Source: Vicugna vicugna
Taxonomy: Eukaryota
Length of the DNA stretch: 64,000 bases
Assembly (NCBI GenBank): GCA_013265495.1
Contig: MU058221.1
Span: forward strand, 3,784,001-3,848,000
Reading direction: 5' to 3'
The notes under the pieces were generated by a model. It did no database searches. It saw only the letters and a list, made by a program, of their open reading frames with translations, and was not told the origin of the DNA. Positions 27,182 to 39,851 of this stretch are shown piece after piece. How positions within the stretch are numbered: position 1 is the stretch's first letter; every line of letters starts with the position of its first letter. Both the position numbers and the translations under genes were made by a program.

Positions 27182-27483
27182 AAAGCATAAACACAAAACA
27201 GAAATAGACTCACAGACATAGAATACAAACTTGTGGTTGCCAAGGGGGCGGAGGGTGGGTAGGGATAGACTGAGAGTTCAAAATTGTAGAATAGATAAAC
27301 AAGATTATACTGTACAGCACAGGGAAATATATACAAGATCTTGTGGTAGCTCACAGAGAAAAGTGTGACAATGAATATATATATGTTCATGTATAACTGA
27401 AAAATTGTGCTCTACACTGGAATTTGACACAACATTGTAAAATGATTATAAATCAATAAAAAATGTTAAAAAAATTTAAAAAG
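27182..27483 (+). mobile_element. Young 5'-truncated L1 (3' UTR only) with ~12-bp TSD
   Basis: Close match to 51950-52240. 'aaggtagatctt' (27170-27181) versus 'aaggtagacctt' (27484-27495). Confidence 0.9.
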
Positions 27484-30400
27484 AAGGTAGACCTTTAGGT
27501 AATGACCTTTTTCATATGCCCACGTCACTAAGTCTGAACACCTAAAGATTATAGTTACAACACTTTGTAGGCTTCTGTGGAAGTAGTAATATTTTGTCTC
27601 ATGCTCTCTCTATGAATAACAATTTCATTTACAACCTAGAATGTATACCATATTTGATTGACTTTAACATAAATACATTTAATAGCAGAAGTACACAAAA
27701 AACAAATGAGAAAGTTGTATGTAGATTCGAACTAGAAAGAAACTGTATTTGTAAATGATTCAACCAGGAGCGAAAAATGAACCATGCGGTATTTTGATCT
27801 CTGTAACACATTATTTTTGGACTAAAAACAACAATTAGGGGATTTTTGCATTTTTTTTGCATACCCACCTACCTCTGTGATAACTGCCAATGAAGGAATT
27901 AAATGGTTCACTAAGTACTGAATTCGGCATCCCAGTACCGCAGAGAACAATTTTGCTAATTGAAATGTGATGCATTAACTGCTTGGTAAAACAAAGATAT
28001 TGTTTATTTTCTTACACAAATGTGTACTGGTGAATATGCCTAAATGCTTCTTTCACTTTTGAATCATCAAGGAATTAACACTGAATTACTTTTTATGTTT
28101 TCTACACTGGTAGGTGAATTAAATATATAATTACCAGTGTGTATGTGAGATAGAGATATATATAATACATACACACACTCACATATATATATACACATAC
28201 ATACATGTCTTTATGTATCATATAATGCATATGTCTGTATCTACTCATCACTGCGTAAATATTCATATACATATATATTTATATGTGTGTACATATATTT
28301 ACACGCATGAATGTATATTGATGGACATGGATAACGGATGAAATGAAATGAGCTAGAACATATGGGAAATAAAACTGTTCATCTCATTGCCACAGACGCC
28401 AGCAAGCTGACCCAGGCCCCGAGTCCTACACTCAGGGGGTCACACCCTGTGAAGTGCCCTTTATAAAGTGTTCTGAGTCCCACGGCGGCAGCTGGACCTG
28501 TCTGGCTGGTAGAGGGAGCCCTTGCACAAGGTGTAGATCTGGTCTCCAGAAGCACCTTTTTCAGAACGCTCTTTATCCTCCTCGGGCGGCTGGCAGCAGC
28601 ACAGAACAGTGGAGCCATCTGGGCAGGGTAATCCGGGTCGAACTGGCCCCCCGTGAAGCTGTGTCTGTTCACGCAGGGCACTCTGTAACCCTCTGCTCAA
28701 TGTCTGTGCTAAACTCGATGCCTCCGGATGCCCTGGATTCGTGCGTCCGTGGCCTTCGAGCTGGGTGCCTTGGTAAGCTGACCACACCCACTGGTCACCT
28801 GGTATTTCTTTCCCGGGATCAGAGGGCTGTCAGAATGGTGCAAAGATGCTGATTTTGGTTGACTCTCTGATGGGAAGATGGACAGGGATTAAATCCAGCC
28901 ATGTGTCCACAGGCTATACAGGTAGCCACTTCTGGTACCTATGTTCTCCCTGAGGCAAAAGCTGGGTTTCTTCAGTGGTCAGTTGTACACAGCAGGGTGG
29001 TAACGGAGGCCATATTTAGCGCACACAGCAGTGTGATTGCAGGATCAATTTTTAGGACTTTCTCAGTTTTTTTTTGGTGACAATGTATTGGTTTAGGACC
29101 AGAGAGGAAAAAGAGAAACTGATTTCTGGAAAGAAGCCCATTCTATAAGGACCAGAGATATTCAGTATTAGTGTCACCTTAGTTTGCAGTCCTAAGTTAA
29201 TATGGCCAGAGATAGATGAGTAATATGTCAGGGCAAGGGGAAGAAAGAGGCCTGAAAAAAGAAGGAAGGAGGGCTGGTGATGGAGCGGTCTTGTTTAATG
29301 TATAACTCTGAACAGGATGGTGAAGCTAAGAAAGTAGAAGAAATTGTAACATTTAACGGTAACGTTTAAAGAAGAACTTGGCTTAGCATCTCTGTTTCTG
29401 ATCACTTTCCTATTAAAATCTGTCAACACCTTAAGGATTTAGTGAACATTTATTTCCCTTTATATGTGTTTTTGGGAGAGACACTTGAAATGGCAGGCAG
29501 AAAATGTACCTTTCCATTTGCACCAAAATCAGATTTTATTAGAGAAACCCAGATGAAAGCGTTTCCCATCGCATCTCCGCGCACTTCTGGTGAAGCTTGA
29601 TCAGTGGATCTTAAAAAAATCGAGCCACACTCGTTCAGTCTCTAATGCTCATTAATTAGGTCATTACTGTCATTTTTTTTTCCTTTTACCAAAATAAAAG
29701 ATTTACTTGAAAGTTATGTTTGAATCATTAAAATCTTGGAACGCTAAGGCAAGAGATACCCAGATGGAGCAGCAACATTCTGCAGACTCTTCTTGAGTCT
29801 TCTAAAAAAAAAATCATCTGATTTCACTCTGTTGGGGTCTCCTGGGGTGATGGCTCTCCCAGCAACCCATGTGTGCTTTACAAGAACAGCCTCTGCCCAC
29901 TTTTCCACTCAGTCCCTCATTTTCAGACCAGCAGACCAGCAAGGGGAACGCTTGACATAAATGAACTCCTGAGACTTGGGGTCCCAGCGCGGGCTGATGT
30001 GCTGCCTCTTCCTGAGCCTGATGCCCTGGCGTTCGGAGGCGCCGCCACAGACCTGCGGTTGCGGACAGAGATGGGCAACGGTGACTTCACGACTTAATTC
30101 ATTCCCCAGTGAGAAGCTTGAGGAAACACTCAACGTTTCTACCCCGGCTTCCAACCCCATAACTGGGTGATATCATAGGGTCACTGCCTTGTTTAGATTT
30201 CTTTCCTGCAATGAATTTACTTGCTACGAATGCAACAGGCTGCAGTCTGTATCCTCTGATTTTACTCAGCCGGAGAGAAGAAAATGAAGAAAGTGTTTCT
30301 ATACAGATGGCAGAACAAAAGACGCTGATCTTTGAGACTGAATATAGATATTGTGACCTCACAGAGCTCAGTGGCAAACTTGATATCATTTGGCAAAAAA

Positions 30401-30919
30401 GGAGACGTTTGAAAAGAAGTATAATTCCCCACAAATGTGTAAATATACGTACAGCAGCATATATCTTTATAGAGAAATGTATTACACGCTTCTCATTTTT
30501 CACTTAGCTTACCCCACCAGCAAAGGAGGCCACTACATTCTCTCTTTGTCATGCACAACACACACGCAACACAGAGGTGTTTTAGCTCCTACTGCAACTC
30601 TTACAGCTGGCCACATGGGAAGATGCAAGCGGAAAACAAAATCGATTTACGATACGAGAGGTGAATGAATCCAGAAGACAGGATCATCTCTTTAAATGCG
30701 GTCTGTCTTATATTCAACATTTGATACTTGGAAACAAACACAGGGCAAACCCAACATTGTACTTGGTGTTGCATCAGGAAACACAAGACTTAGTCCAACA
30801 TAGTGAGCAGACCCGAAGGCTATGCCACTTTCAGTAAAAAAAAAAAAAAAAAAATTGCTGGGTTCTTAAAGCAGTGGAAATCTTCAAGGACCCAATGGCT
30901 TTAAATATATATTGAAATA

Positions 30920-32330
30920 AATTTTTTATTATAGAGGTGTTTGAAATTTACACAGAAGTTGCAAAAATACTGCAGAGTTCCTGTATACCTCCCAGCTAGA
31001 TCCTCCTGTTACTAATGTCTTATCTTACTGTGGTACGTTTGGCACAATTAATGACCCTAGAGTGACACATTATTATTAACTGCAGTTCATACTTTTTATA
31101 GATTGACTTAGATTCCACATAATGTTCTTTTTTTGGTCCACAGTCAAACCCCAAAATAGTGCATCCCATTTAGTTGTTCTTGCTTCTCAGTCTCCTTTGG
31201 CTTCTTAAAGCTCCTCGGACTTGCTTTTGCTGTTGATAATATTGACAGTTTTAAAGAATATTGGTGAAGCACTTTGTAGGGCGCTCCTCTCATGGAATTT
31301 ACCTAATATTTTTCTTGGGGTTAAACCGAGGATACGGGTTTTTGGAAGGAAGACCACAAATGTAAAGTACTGTTTCCATCAGATCATTTCAAGGGAACAT
31401 GCCATCAAGATAATTTATCGCTGTTGGTGTTGACCTCGGTCAGCTGGCTGAAGCAGTGTATTTAAGCTTTTACCACTGTAAAGTTACTCTTTTTTTTTCC
31501 TCTTTGGAAATAAGCCACAATGTGTAGCCCATATTTACAGAGTGAGTGATATTTCAGAGTTGAAAGTGGAGTATCTACATAAATTATTTGGAATTCTTCT
31601 GCACAGGAGAATTGTTCCATTGTAACCAAGCAGGACTCTGTGGGACCTTCAAGGGCCAGACCCTCCCCCGTGTCCTCTGCTGCACCTCGTCTCTGAAGCA
31701 CCCAGATAATAGTATCTCACGTGTATTTCCTGAGTTTTTCAGATGCTAAAAACCACCACCAAGGGGAAAAAATTAACTACTTGATGGTGGAGAGCACGTG
31801 GCCCCCAGACCTTCTGGCGCCTGGAGGTCGATAGCTTTGACCATCCTGTTCCCGCAACGCCAACCAATCACAGAATTGAGATCATGTACCTGCAGCCCCC
31901 CTCACCCACCTCACCCGTCCTGGCCTTTAAATACACTTTGCTGAAACCCTTCTGGGAGTTTGAGGTTTTCCTGGGCCTAAGCCACCCTGTCCTCCTTGCT
32001 CAGCCCTGCAGTAAACCTTTCTCTGCTCCAAACTCCAATGTTTTGGCCTGTTTGGCCTCATGCTGTGTTGGACACACAAATCTGCCTTAAGAAACACCTT
32101 CTCCCCCTTTTCTTACTTTATTCCATGGCTTGTGGATATTTATTTTATATTTTGCTTATAATCCAGTATTATGTTCTTCCTATTTTTTTGTTGTTGGTTT
32201 TGTTGGGTTTTTAAATTTTCATCTAATTTTCAGCTTTGGTCTTTGGAGCGCTGTTTCCTCCTGTACTATGAGAAACTTCAGATTGCTCTTGTATGTTTCC
32301 CAGCCCTAGAATTAGCCATTTCTCTAAGGA
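30920..32330 (-). mobile_element. Old L1MC-type 3' end, interrupted by an LTR
   Basis: 'ggtacgtttggcacaattaatgacc', 'ggaaggaagaccacaaatgtaaagtactgtttccatc' and 'tatctacataaattatttggaattcttctgcac' on the left. The element resumes after the LTR with 'tggatatttattttatattttgcttataatccagta'. Confidence 0.7.
31621..32096 (+). mobile_element. Solo ERV1-type LTR nested in L1MC
   Basis: TGTAAC...AACA termini and 476 bp long. CCAATC, TATA-like TTTAAATA and AGTAAA poly-A-like signal occur in U3-R order. Flanks CCAT and CCTT form a near 4-bp TSD. Confidence 0.8.
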
Positions 32331-33259
32331 GAAGTTTCCAATTTTAAACTCCTCAAAATTTTACAGTGACTGAGTGGATGTACCAATTCATACCACTCTG
32401 AAAGGAATTAGTTATATTTTCAAAAGTCTAGAAACTCTAAATTCCCCAATCCATCATCAACTTAGACTCTTGCTGCAATTTAGGAAAAGAAAAAACTGTG
32501 GATTTCCATGCATTTACTCTATTCCCTGCCTTTTCATTCTTAACAATATTATTTTCTCATCTTCAATTATTTTTTCCTTTATTTAAGGTGTCCCCTTTTT
32601 CTTATGAAATTTAAAAAAAATGTATAGAAGTTGCTTTAAAGTCTTTGTATAAATGGCATTACCAACTCTATTTTGCTCAAATGCTCTGTCAAAGATATTG
32701 GCACAGGGCTGCAATTTTTATACTCTGGAAATGCAAACGGTTTGGTTTCAGGCATATTACATTTGCTTTTCAAATAGGTGTCTTCTGTTTAAGCAAAATT
32801 CAGCTAGAATGTATTAGAAATCTAAGAATTACAGACAACCCTCTGTCTGCCACTTTAATATTAAACACACTTATGGCAAGTAGTGTACCTAAAATGTCAT
32901 CTAAATTTTCCTCCCAACATGGAAAAGAGTATTTTTAATAGTACATTGTAACTTCCTACAGTGTTCTATGTCAACGACAGCCTAATTTTATTTCCATGCT
33001 TACCAGGTTCTATTCAAATGAATCAACCTTATTTTACCTTTATAACAGGAGACAAGGAGAACATTATACACAGTGGTTTAAAATTCAGAGATATATTTAA
33101 AGTCACAACGTACACAGATTTACAGATCTTCATGCCAGCCTCTTCCTTTTTATAAAAATATTTATCAAAGCTGTCAACCACCGGGAGAAAAGTGTTAGAA
33201 CTAAATGACTCCTTCCTCCCAATCACTAAAAAGTGAAAACAAAAAACAAAAAAAACAAG

Positions 33260-34785
33260 GGCCATACTACCCAAAGCCATCTACAGATTTAATGCAATCT
33301 CCATCAAATCACTCAGGACATTTTTTCACAGAACTAGAACAAATAATCCTAAAATGTATATAGAATCACAAAAGACCCAGAGTTGCCAAAGCAATCCTGA
33401 AGAAAAAGAATGAAGCTGGAGGAATAACCCTGCCAGACTTCAGACAATACTACAGAGCTACAGTCATCAAAACAGCATGGCATTGGTACAAAAACAAACA
33501 TATGGATCAATGGAACAGAATAGAGAGCCCAGAAGTGAACCCACAGACTTTTGGTTAATTAATCCTTGACAAAGGAGGCAAGAATATACAATGGAGTAAA
33601 GACAGTCTCTTCAGCAAATAGTGTTGGGAAAACTGGACAGCAGCACTTAAACCAATGAAGTTAGAACATTCCCTCATACCATGCACAAAAATAAACTCAA
33701 AATGGCGTAAAGACTTAAACATAAGACAAGACACTATAAACCTCTTAGAAGGAAACAGAGGCAAAACATTCTCTGACATAAATCTTAGCAATGTCTCCTG
33801 GGGCAGTCTACCCAGGCAATAGAAATAAGAGCAAAAATAAACAAATGGGACCTAATTAAACTTACAAGCTTTTGCACAGCAAAGGAAACCAGAAGCAAAA
33901 GAAAAGGACAAGCTATGGAGTGAGACAAAATATTTTCAAAAGATAAGACTGACAAGGGCTTATTTTCCAAAATACATACACAGCTAATACAACTTAATAA
34001 TAATAAAAACAACCCAATCCAAAAATGGGCAGAAGACCTGAACAAACAATTCTCCAGTGAAGACATACAAATGGCCAACAGGCACATGAAAAAATGATCA
34101 GTATTGCTAATAATCAGAGAAATACAAATCAAAACTATAATGAGGTATCACCTCATACCAGTCAGAATGGCCATCATTAAAATGTCCACAAACAATAAAT
34201 GCTGGAGAGGATGTGGAGAAAAGGCAACCCTCCTACACTCTTGGTGGGGATGTAGTTTGGTGCAGTCATTGTGGAAAACAGTATGGAGATTCCTCAAAAA
34301 ACTAAAAATAGACTTACCCTATGATCCAGCAATCCCACTCCTGGGCAAATATCCAGAGGGATCTCTAATTCAAAAAAATACATGCACCCCAATGTTCATA
34401 GATGAAATATTTACATTAGCCAAGACATGGAGACAACCTAAATGTCCGTCAACAGATGACTGGATAAAGAAGTTGTGGTATATTTATACAATGGAATACT
34501 ACTCAGCCATAAAAAGAATAAAATAATGCCATTTGTAGCAATATGGATGGACCTGGAGATTGTCATTCTAAGTGATGTAAGCAAGAAACAGAAAGAAAAA
34601 TACCCTATGATATCACTCACTTGTGGAATCTTAAAAAAGACAGAAATGAAGGTATTTACAAAACAGAAACAGACTCACAGACGTAGAAAACAAACTGATG
34701 GTTACCAGGAGGTAAAGGTGGTGGGAAGGGATAAACTGGGAGTTTGAGATCTGCAGATACTAACTACTATATATAAAATAGATAG
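33260..34785 (+). mobile_element. L1 ORF2 3' half + partial 3' UTR (5'- and 3'-truncated, inactive)
   Basis: Translates to L1 ORF2 (ILPKAIYRFNAI...; [13 protein letters not shown]...[31 protein letters not shown]), with stops and frameshifts. It lacks the last ~180 nt of UTR and the poly-A. Confidence 0.95.
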
Positions 34786-35749
34786 GTACTTCATTCCTGA
34801 ATAAAAATAAAAGATGGGCAGGGCCACAAAGACTCTAGAACAAAGGCACATAATGAGTCAGCTCACATGCAGCAGATGACTAGATCCACATCCTCACTGC
34901 CCTCTATTGATAACTAACTTCTCATTTTTAAACATCTTGTCTCCTTAAATAGACTGTAAAGTTCTCAAATAGATTCAAGAACTTACGTTACCATAGGGAA
35001 ATTCATATATCCATTCGATATAAGTTTTATGAATTGATATATTATTTTGAGACTTCTCATGTTTATCATCCATTTAAATTTGCATATTGACCTAACAAAA
35101 ATATCCCATAGAGATGGTGTGCATTAGAGCTGTCTCCTTTCATTGCCTTCCCTGATAGCCAGTTGCTATGGAAATAATGCAAGAATTTTTAAAATGTTCT
35201 TTTTTTTTTTTTTGTCTCTTTAAACATATATGTTGAAGTTAACACATCAGTTTTCCGTTTAGGGTGCCCATGCCTCAAATATCACATCCCCCTGCTGCTT
35301 TCCTTCATAGATTTCGTCATTCCCTGAAACTGTCTTGCTTGTTTACATCCTTACATTTTTATTATCTGTCACACTTCATTAGATCTTTAATTACATGTAA
35401 GAATTAAATTGGTCCACTGGTCATAAATATTGTCTCAATGTCTAGAATGATGTAGTAAATAGCAGGCAGCCGATAAATGATTTTGAATGGACGTGCTCAT
35501 TAAGAACCTAGAGGGACTGCAAACACTGCCAGAGATTGTGCCTCTGATAGAGTGAGATGGGGCTGCTCAGACAAGCTGATAAAAATCATTGAATTGGATA
35601 CACTTCCACCGCAGTAGAAAAGAGTTACGGATCCCAAGAGGGAGTCAATTAATTCAAAAAAGCAAGTTATTAACTAAATGCTTCTCTGGTGACCTAAGTT
35701 TAGCCAGGCATTTGAAATTGAGAAATAGACATCAGTGTCTTACCTTCAC

Positions 35750-35972
35750 TCACCAAGAAGTTGACAACAACCAAACACACCCCCTCCCCTTTTTAGTATG
35801 AAAGGAACCCGAATTCTGAGTTGGGGAAGAAGATTCTCTAGAACATGAGTCCCCCGTCTTCTCGGTCTGCTGGCTTTCTGAATGAAGTCGCTATTCCTTG
35901 CTCCCCAGCACCTCATCTCCCGATTTACTGGCCGGTCCTGGGGTGAGCAGAACAAGTTTGGACTCCGTAACA
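35750..35972 (+). mobile_element. Partial ERV1 LTR (3' half)
   Basis: 'ccgtcttctcggtctgctggctttctgaatgaagtcgctattccttgctcc...gagcagaacaagtttggactccgtaaca' is a typical R/U5 end terminating in AACA. Confidence 0.7.
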
Positions 35973-37896
35973 CCTTTCATCTTGTCTTTTCTTTTCCCCT
36001 CCTCCCTGTGCTAATATCGCCTCCAAAGCAGTTTGGGGTTAAAGTTAAAGGGTGTATTTATTACTGGTTTTCTCTTTTCATGAGGATTTGGCTTCTTTTC
36101 CTGAGAAGAGAAGCGGAGACCCTCAGTTATGAATGCACGATCTCACAGAGGAACGGTGGAAAATGTGGTTTACTCTAGTTTGAGTCAGCTGTTTGAGAAA
36201 CCAATTGAAAAAATATAACAAATATAAAAACATTTTAATTAGAAATAAGAACTTCACATTCAGTATGTTATTATCTAGCATCAATTTATAAATATTCTGT
36301 TTATTTCAAATAGATTGTATCTTTTGTCTGATAAAAAAAAAAGTCAATCATCCTTACAGGTTCAGGCTCATCCTCTTAAATAAATGATAAGTAATTACAT
36401 TATGAAAATAAATGCATCCCTTTTGTTCCGTTTCAATTAACTGCCAGACTATTCTTCTTTTCATTTCCTGGGATGTTATAAAACCAATGAAAAATGTAAA
36501 GCATATGATGATAAATTTTTTATACCATCTATACTTAAGAGGGATGAAAATAGATATTGTCAAAATAACAAACTCTTCAGAGAAAATTTAGTCCCATTCC
36601 TTCTTTTTATCCATTTACTTCTAAGGAATCAAATTTACCCTTGCACAAAGAACATTGTGTGATTTCCAGCAGTGAGTTTACATCACTTTGCTAACAAATT
36701 TTAAAAGGCTTTATGTAGACATTGCTCAGTCTGTAGATCTGAAAGAGAAGGATGGTCAAAAGACTTCAGAGAGAAAGAAGTCCCCTAATTTGAAACCCAA
36801 GTGGAATGGCAAATAGATACATTCTTCCTTTAAATATTTAGTTGTGACTGTCTGAAAGAGGCGTAGGAGAATTGTGAACCCGTATCAGAGGTCACGACTG
36901 ATGATCGGTTTGCAGGACCGTGAGAACACTCCAGGAGTGGCAGCAGGAGTGAAAACTTCGGCACTGTGAACCACAAACTACTTAGAACTAAACTCATTGC
37001 TTATTAATCTTTCACTCTTCATCCGTAGCAGAGGGCCAGACACATGGTAAAAACTCAGTGGATATTTGCAGATTCTCTGGGTGACTGAAGGACAGCATTA
37101 CTGTGTTTAACGAGCACATAGTAGACTGTAACAGTCAATCAACACACCTTCGCTCTTTTGTACCTTACCACAATACTGGTGTTTATGTATTTTACCCCAC
37201 ATTGTTTCTTTTATAGGGGTTTACACTTCCTCTGGCATAGGTGCAAAGGCCACATACACTCCACTGATACCCTCCACCATACAGAAGATATATTTTAATA
37301 TCTAATGCTGCTGTTGGTTAACCAATGTCAAAAGCACTTCTAACACAAATATTGTTTTAATGAGAAACAGAATATTTTCTGGGATCGTATTTGAGACAGT
37401 TGGACACATTTTCCACCTTGTTCTCTCTACTTTGGTAACTATATGGATATTTAAATGCAAATCATATTATCATTTATCATGGCATGTCTTTTCTTTCTAG
37501 AATAATATTTGACATTTCTATTTAGTTTTTAGTCAGTTTTATAATAATTACTTAGGCATCGGTATGAGTTGATCTTAGTTATCCTCATAATATTTTAGCT
37601 CCAAATTTTATTTTCCAGATTAGTAAAGTTATAGTTAAAACCGTATTTTCACGTATACCTGCTCACACACATTGTCAATTTGCGGTAGTACGTCACCATG
37701 CCCGTGTTCTTTATCTCTGAGATCTGCCTACGCTTCCAGTATCCAACCCCATTCACTTTAGTGTGTTCTGCTCTAGGTTCTTGAACTTGTTTTAACGCTA
37801 AAATATACATTTTTAAGAAAACTTTGTGTCACCGTGTGTGTATGTGTGTCTCTAAGGTCACTCTCTTATTTTCGTCCCAAATGCAGATTTAGAGTG

Positions 37897-38402
37897 CAGA
37901 CCGTCCCTGACTCATAATGGTTCGAATAGTGACTAATGATTTTTCAGCTTTGCGATGCTGTGAAAAGGGTGCACGTTCAGTGAAAATCGTACTTCCGGTT
38001 TTGATTTTTGATCTTTCCCCAGGCTAGCAGTCGGGGGGGGGGTACCATCCAGTCTCCTGATGTTGGGCAAAAAGGGCAGTGACCACAGCTCTCAGTCACC
38101 CACAGGGTCACCAGGATGAGGAAACAGCTGATGCTCTCACAACCGTTCTGGACCCTGGGTTCTTCACTTTCAGTACAGTTTTCAGTAAGGGATGTGAGAC
38201 TGTCAACATTTTATTATAAAATAGGCTTTGTGTTTAGCTGAGTTTGCCCGACTGTAGGCTAATGGGAAGTGTTCTGAGCACAGGTAAGGGAGGCTAGACT
38301 AAGCTACGATGTTTGGTAGGACAGCTGTATTAAATGAATTTTTGACTTAACGATATTTTTATATCGGAACATAATGCCGTCGTGAGTTGAGGAAGGTCAG
38401 TG
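37897..38402 (-). mobile_element. TcMar-Tigger MITE (MER47/Tigger5-like)
   Basis: 'ttattataaaataggctttgtg...gcccgactgtaggctaatg...gttctgagcac...ggctagactaagctacgatgtttggtagg' matches recalled MER47. CAG...TG ends, with TA following the right end. Confidence 0.8.
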
Positions 38403-38438
38403 TATCTGCAAAGGGAGCAGCACAGGGAACATACTTTT

Positions 38439-38656
38439 CTTTCTTCCTTTCTTTCTTTTTTTTTAAGTGTTTCTAGAGATTCCCTTCAACTTTATTTTTT
38501 TTGCCATTTTTTTATTGAGTTATAGTCATTTTACAATGTTGTGTCAAATTCCAGTGTAGAGCACAATTTTTCAGTTATACATGAACATACGTATTTTCAT
38601 TGTCACATTTTTTTTCGCTGTGAGCTACCACAGATCTTGTATATATTTCCCTGTGC
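38439..38656 (-). mobile_element. Short young L1 3' end with extra 3' sequence and second A-rich tail, inside an 11-bp TSD
   Basis: AACATACTTTT at 38428-38438 and 38657-38667. L1 3' UTR at ~38505-38656. Non-L1 segment at ~38465-38490. T-rich tract at 38439-38464. Confidence 0.8.
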
Positions 38657-39815
38657 AACATACTTTTTGCTAACTTCTGGGATCCACTTAAATTCTGTCT
38701 GATTTTTGTATGAATTGGATCATTTCAGTTAAGATTTGGTCATTGATTGACTGCATTCATATGCACCTGTCTTTTGCAGAAGTCCTCTGAGTTAAGCACT
38801 AATAAATACTATTTCTAGGAACAGACACCTGCTTGGTTTTAGGGCTCCAGAAACTGTAACATCACATTTAATGTATCATTGCATAGACTTCCCGACTGAG
38901 CTTGCTTGTCCTTCTTGGAGTTCCAGAAATTTGCTGCCGGCGTTAACAGTCTGTCTCCAGAATACATCTTAGATAACAAGTATATGACACTGGAAAACTC
39001 ACTTATGAAATATTTTCTTCTTGAGTAAATTTGGGGTATTATTCATCAAATAGTGTACATGTACATGTGTGTGTTCTATGATTAATACACACGGTTAATG
39101 CATTAATTAAAATATTTAAAATGTCTATTATTTGTGCAATGGCAATCACTGCTTTTATATTTAGCTACTTTAAAATGTGCCTTTAATATAGCGTTCCAGT
39201 GACCGTATTTCTGCAGTCACTGTAATTTTACCTCCCGCTGTCTGCCCCTACCATGCCAACATCTACAGGAGCCCCGTATGGCTCAGTAAGAACTCCAACA
39301 CACCCTCAGGCACATTAAGATGCGATGCAAGGAGAAGGATAGCCATGCGGGGACTTTGGGAAATGACATTCAGCTGAGAGATGCACATCCGTGTGGCCCT
39401 GGACTGACACACACCCCATCTGCATGGGGACCTGTGTACCTGCTCTCCGTGATAGAAGGGAGGCCATCCGGCCAGCGGTTTCTGAACCAGACCCCTCCTT
39501 CTGCCCGCGTCTCTGACGTGACGACTTTAAAGGCTTCCCATCAAACATGTGGATTCTTAATAAACGCCCCAAAGGATTTGTTAAATCTGAGCACAGATTC
39601 CCAGCAGCCCCGGGCTTTACACCAGCATTTCATTCACTAAGGAACGTATGAACCAGAGCATTAATTCATCTTTTGCCTCAAAAATATGCTGGAGGTTGTT
39701 AAGAACTTATCACTCAGAAGTGACATTATTTTAGATTGTTAAACCTGGTGAGTTTTCCTGCCAAAGCTTGGAGAATGGCTGGCCCTGATAAATATTTTTT
39801 TGTTCTGTGTGTGGG

Positions 39816-39817
<2 letters not shown>

Positions 39818-39850
<33 letters not shown>
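39818..39850. repeat. (TG)n microsatellite
   Basis: Perfect TG run followed by 'cacgcgcacgtgtgtg'. Confidence 0.95.

Positions 39851-39851
<1 letters not shown>

Noticed and set aside
34104..34526. 140-aa ORF (also 51542-51919) as a gene
   Set aside because: These are C-terminal fragments of L1 ORF2 in 5'-truncated elements, with no promoter, ORF1, endonuclease or RT.
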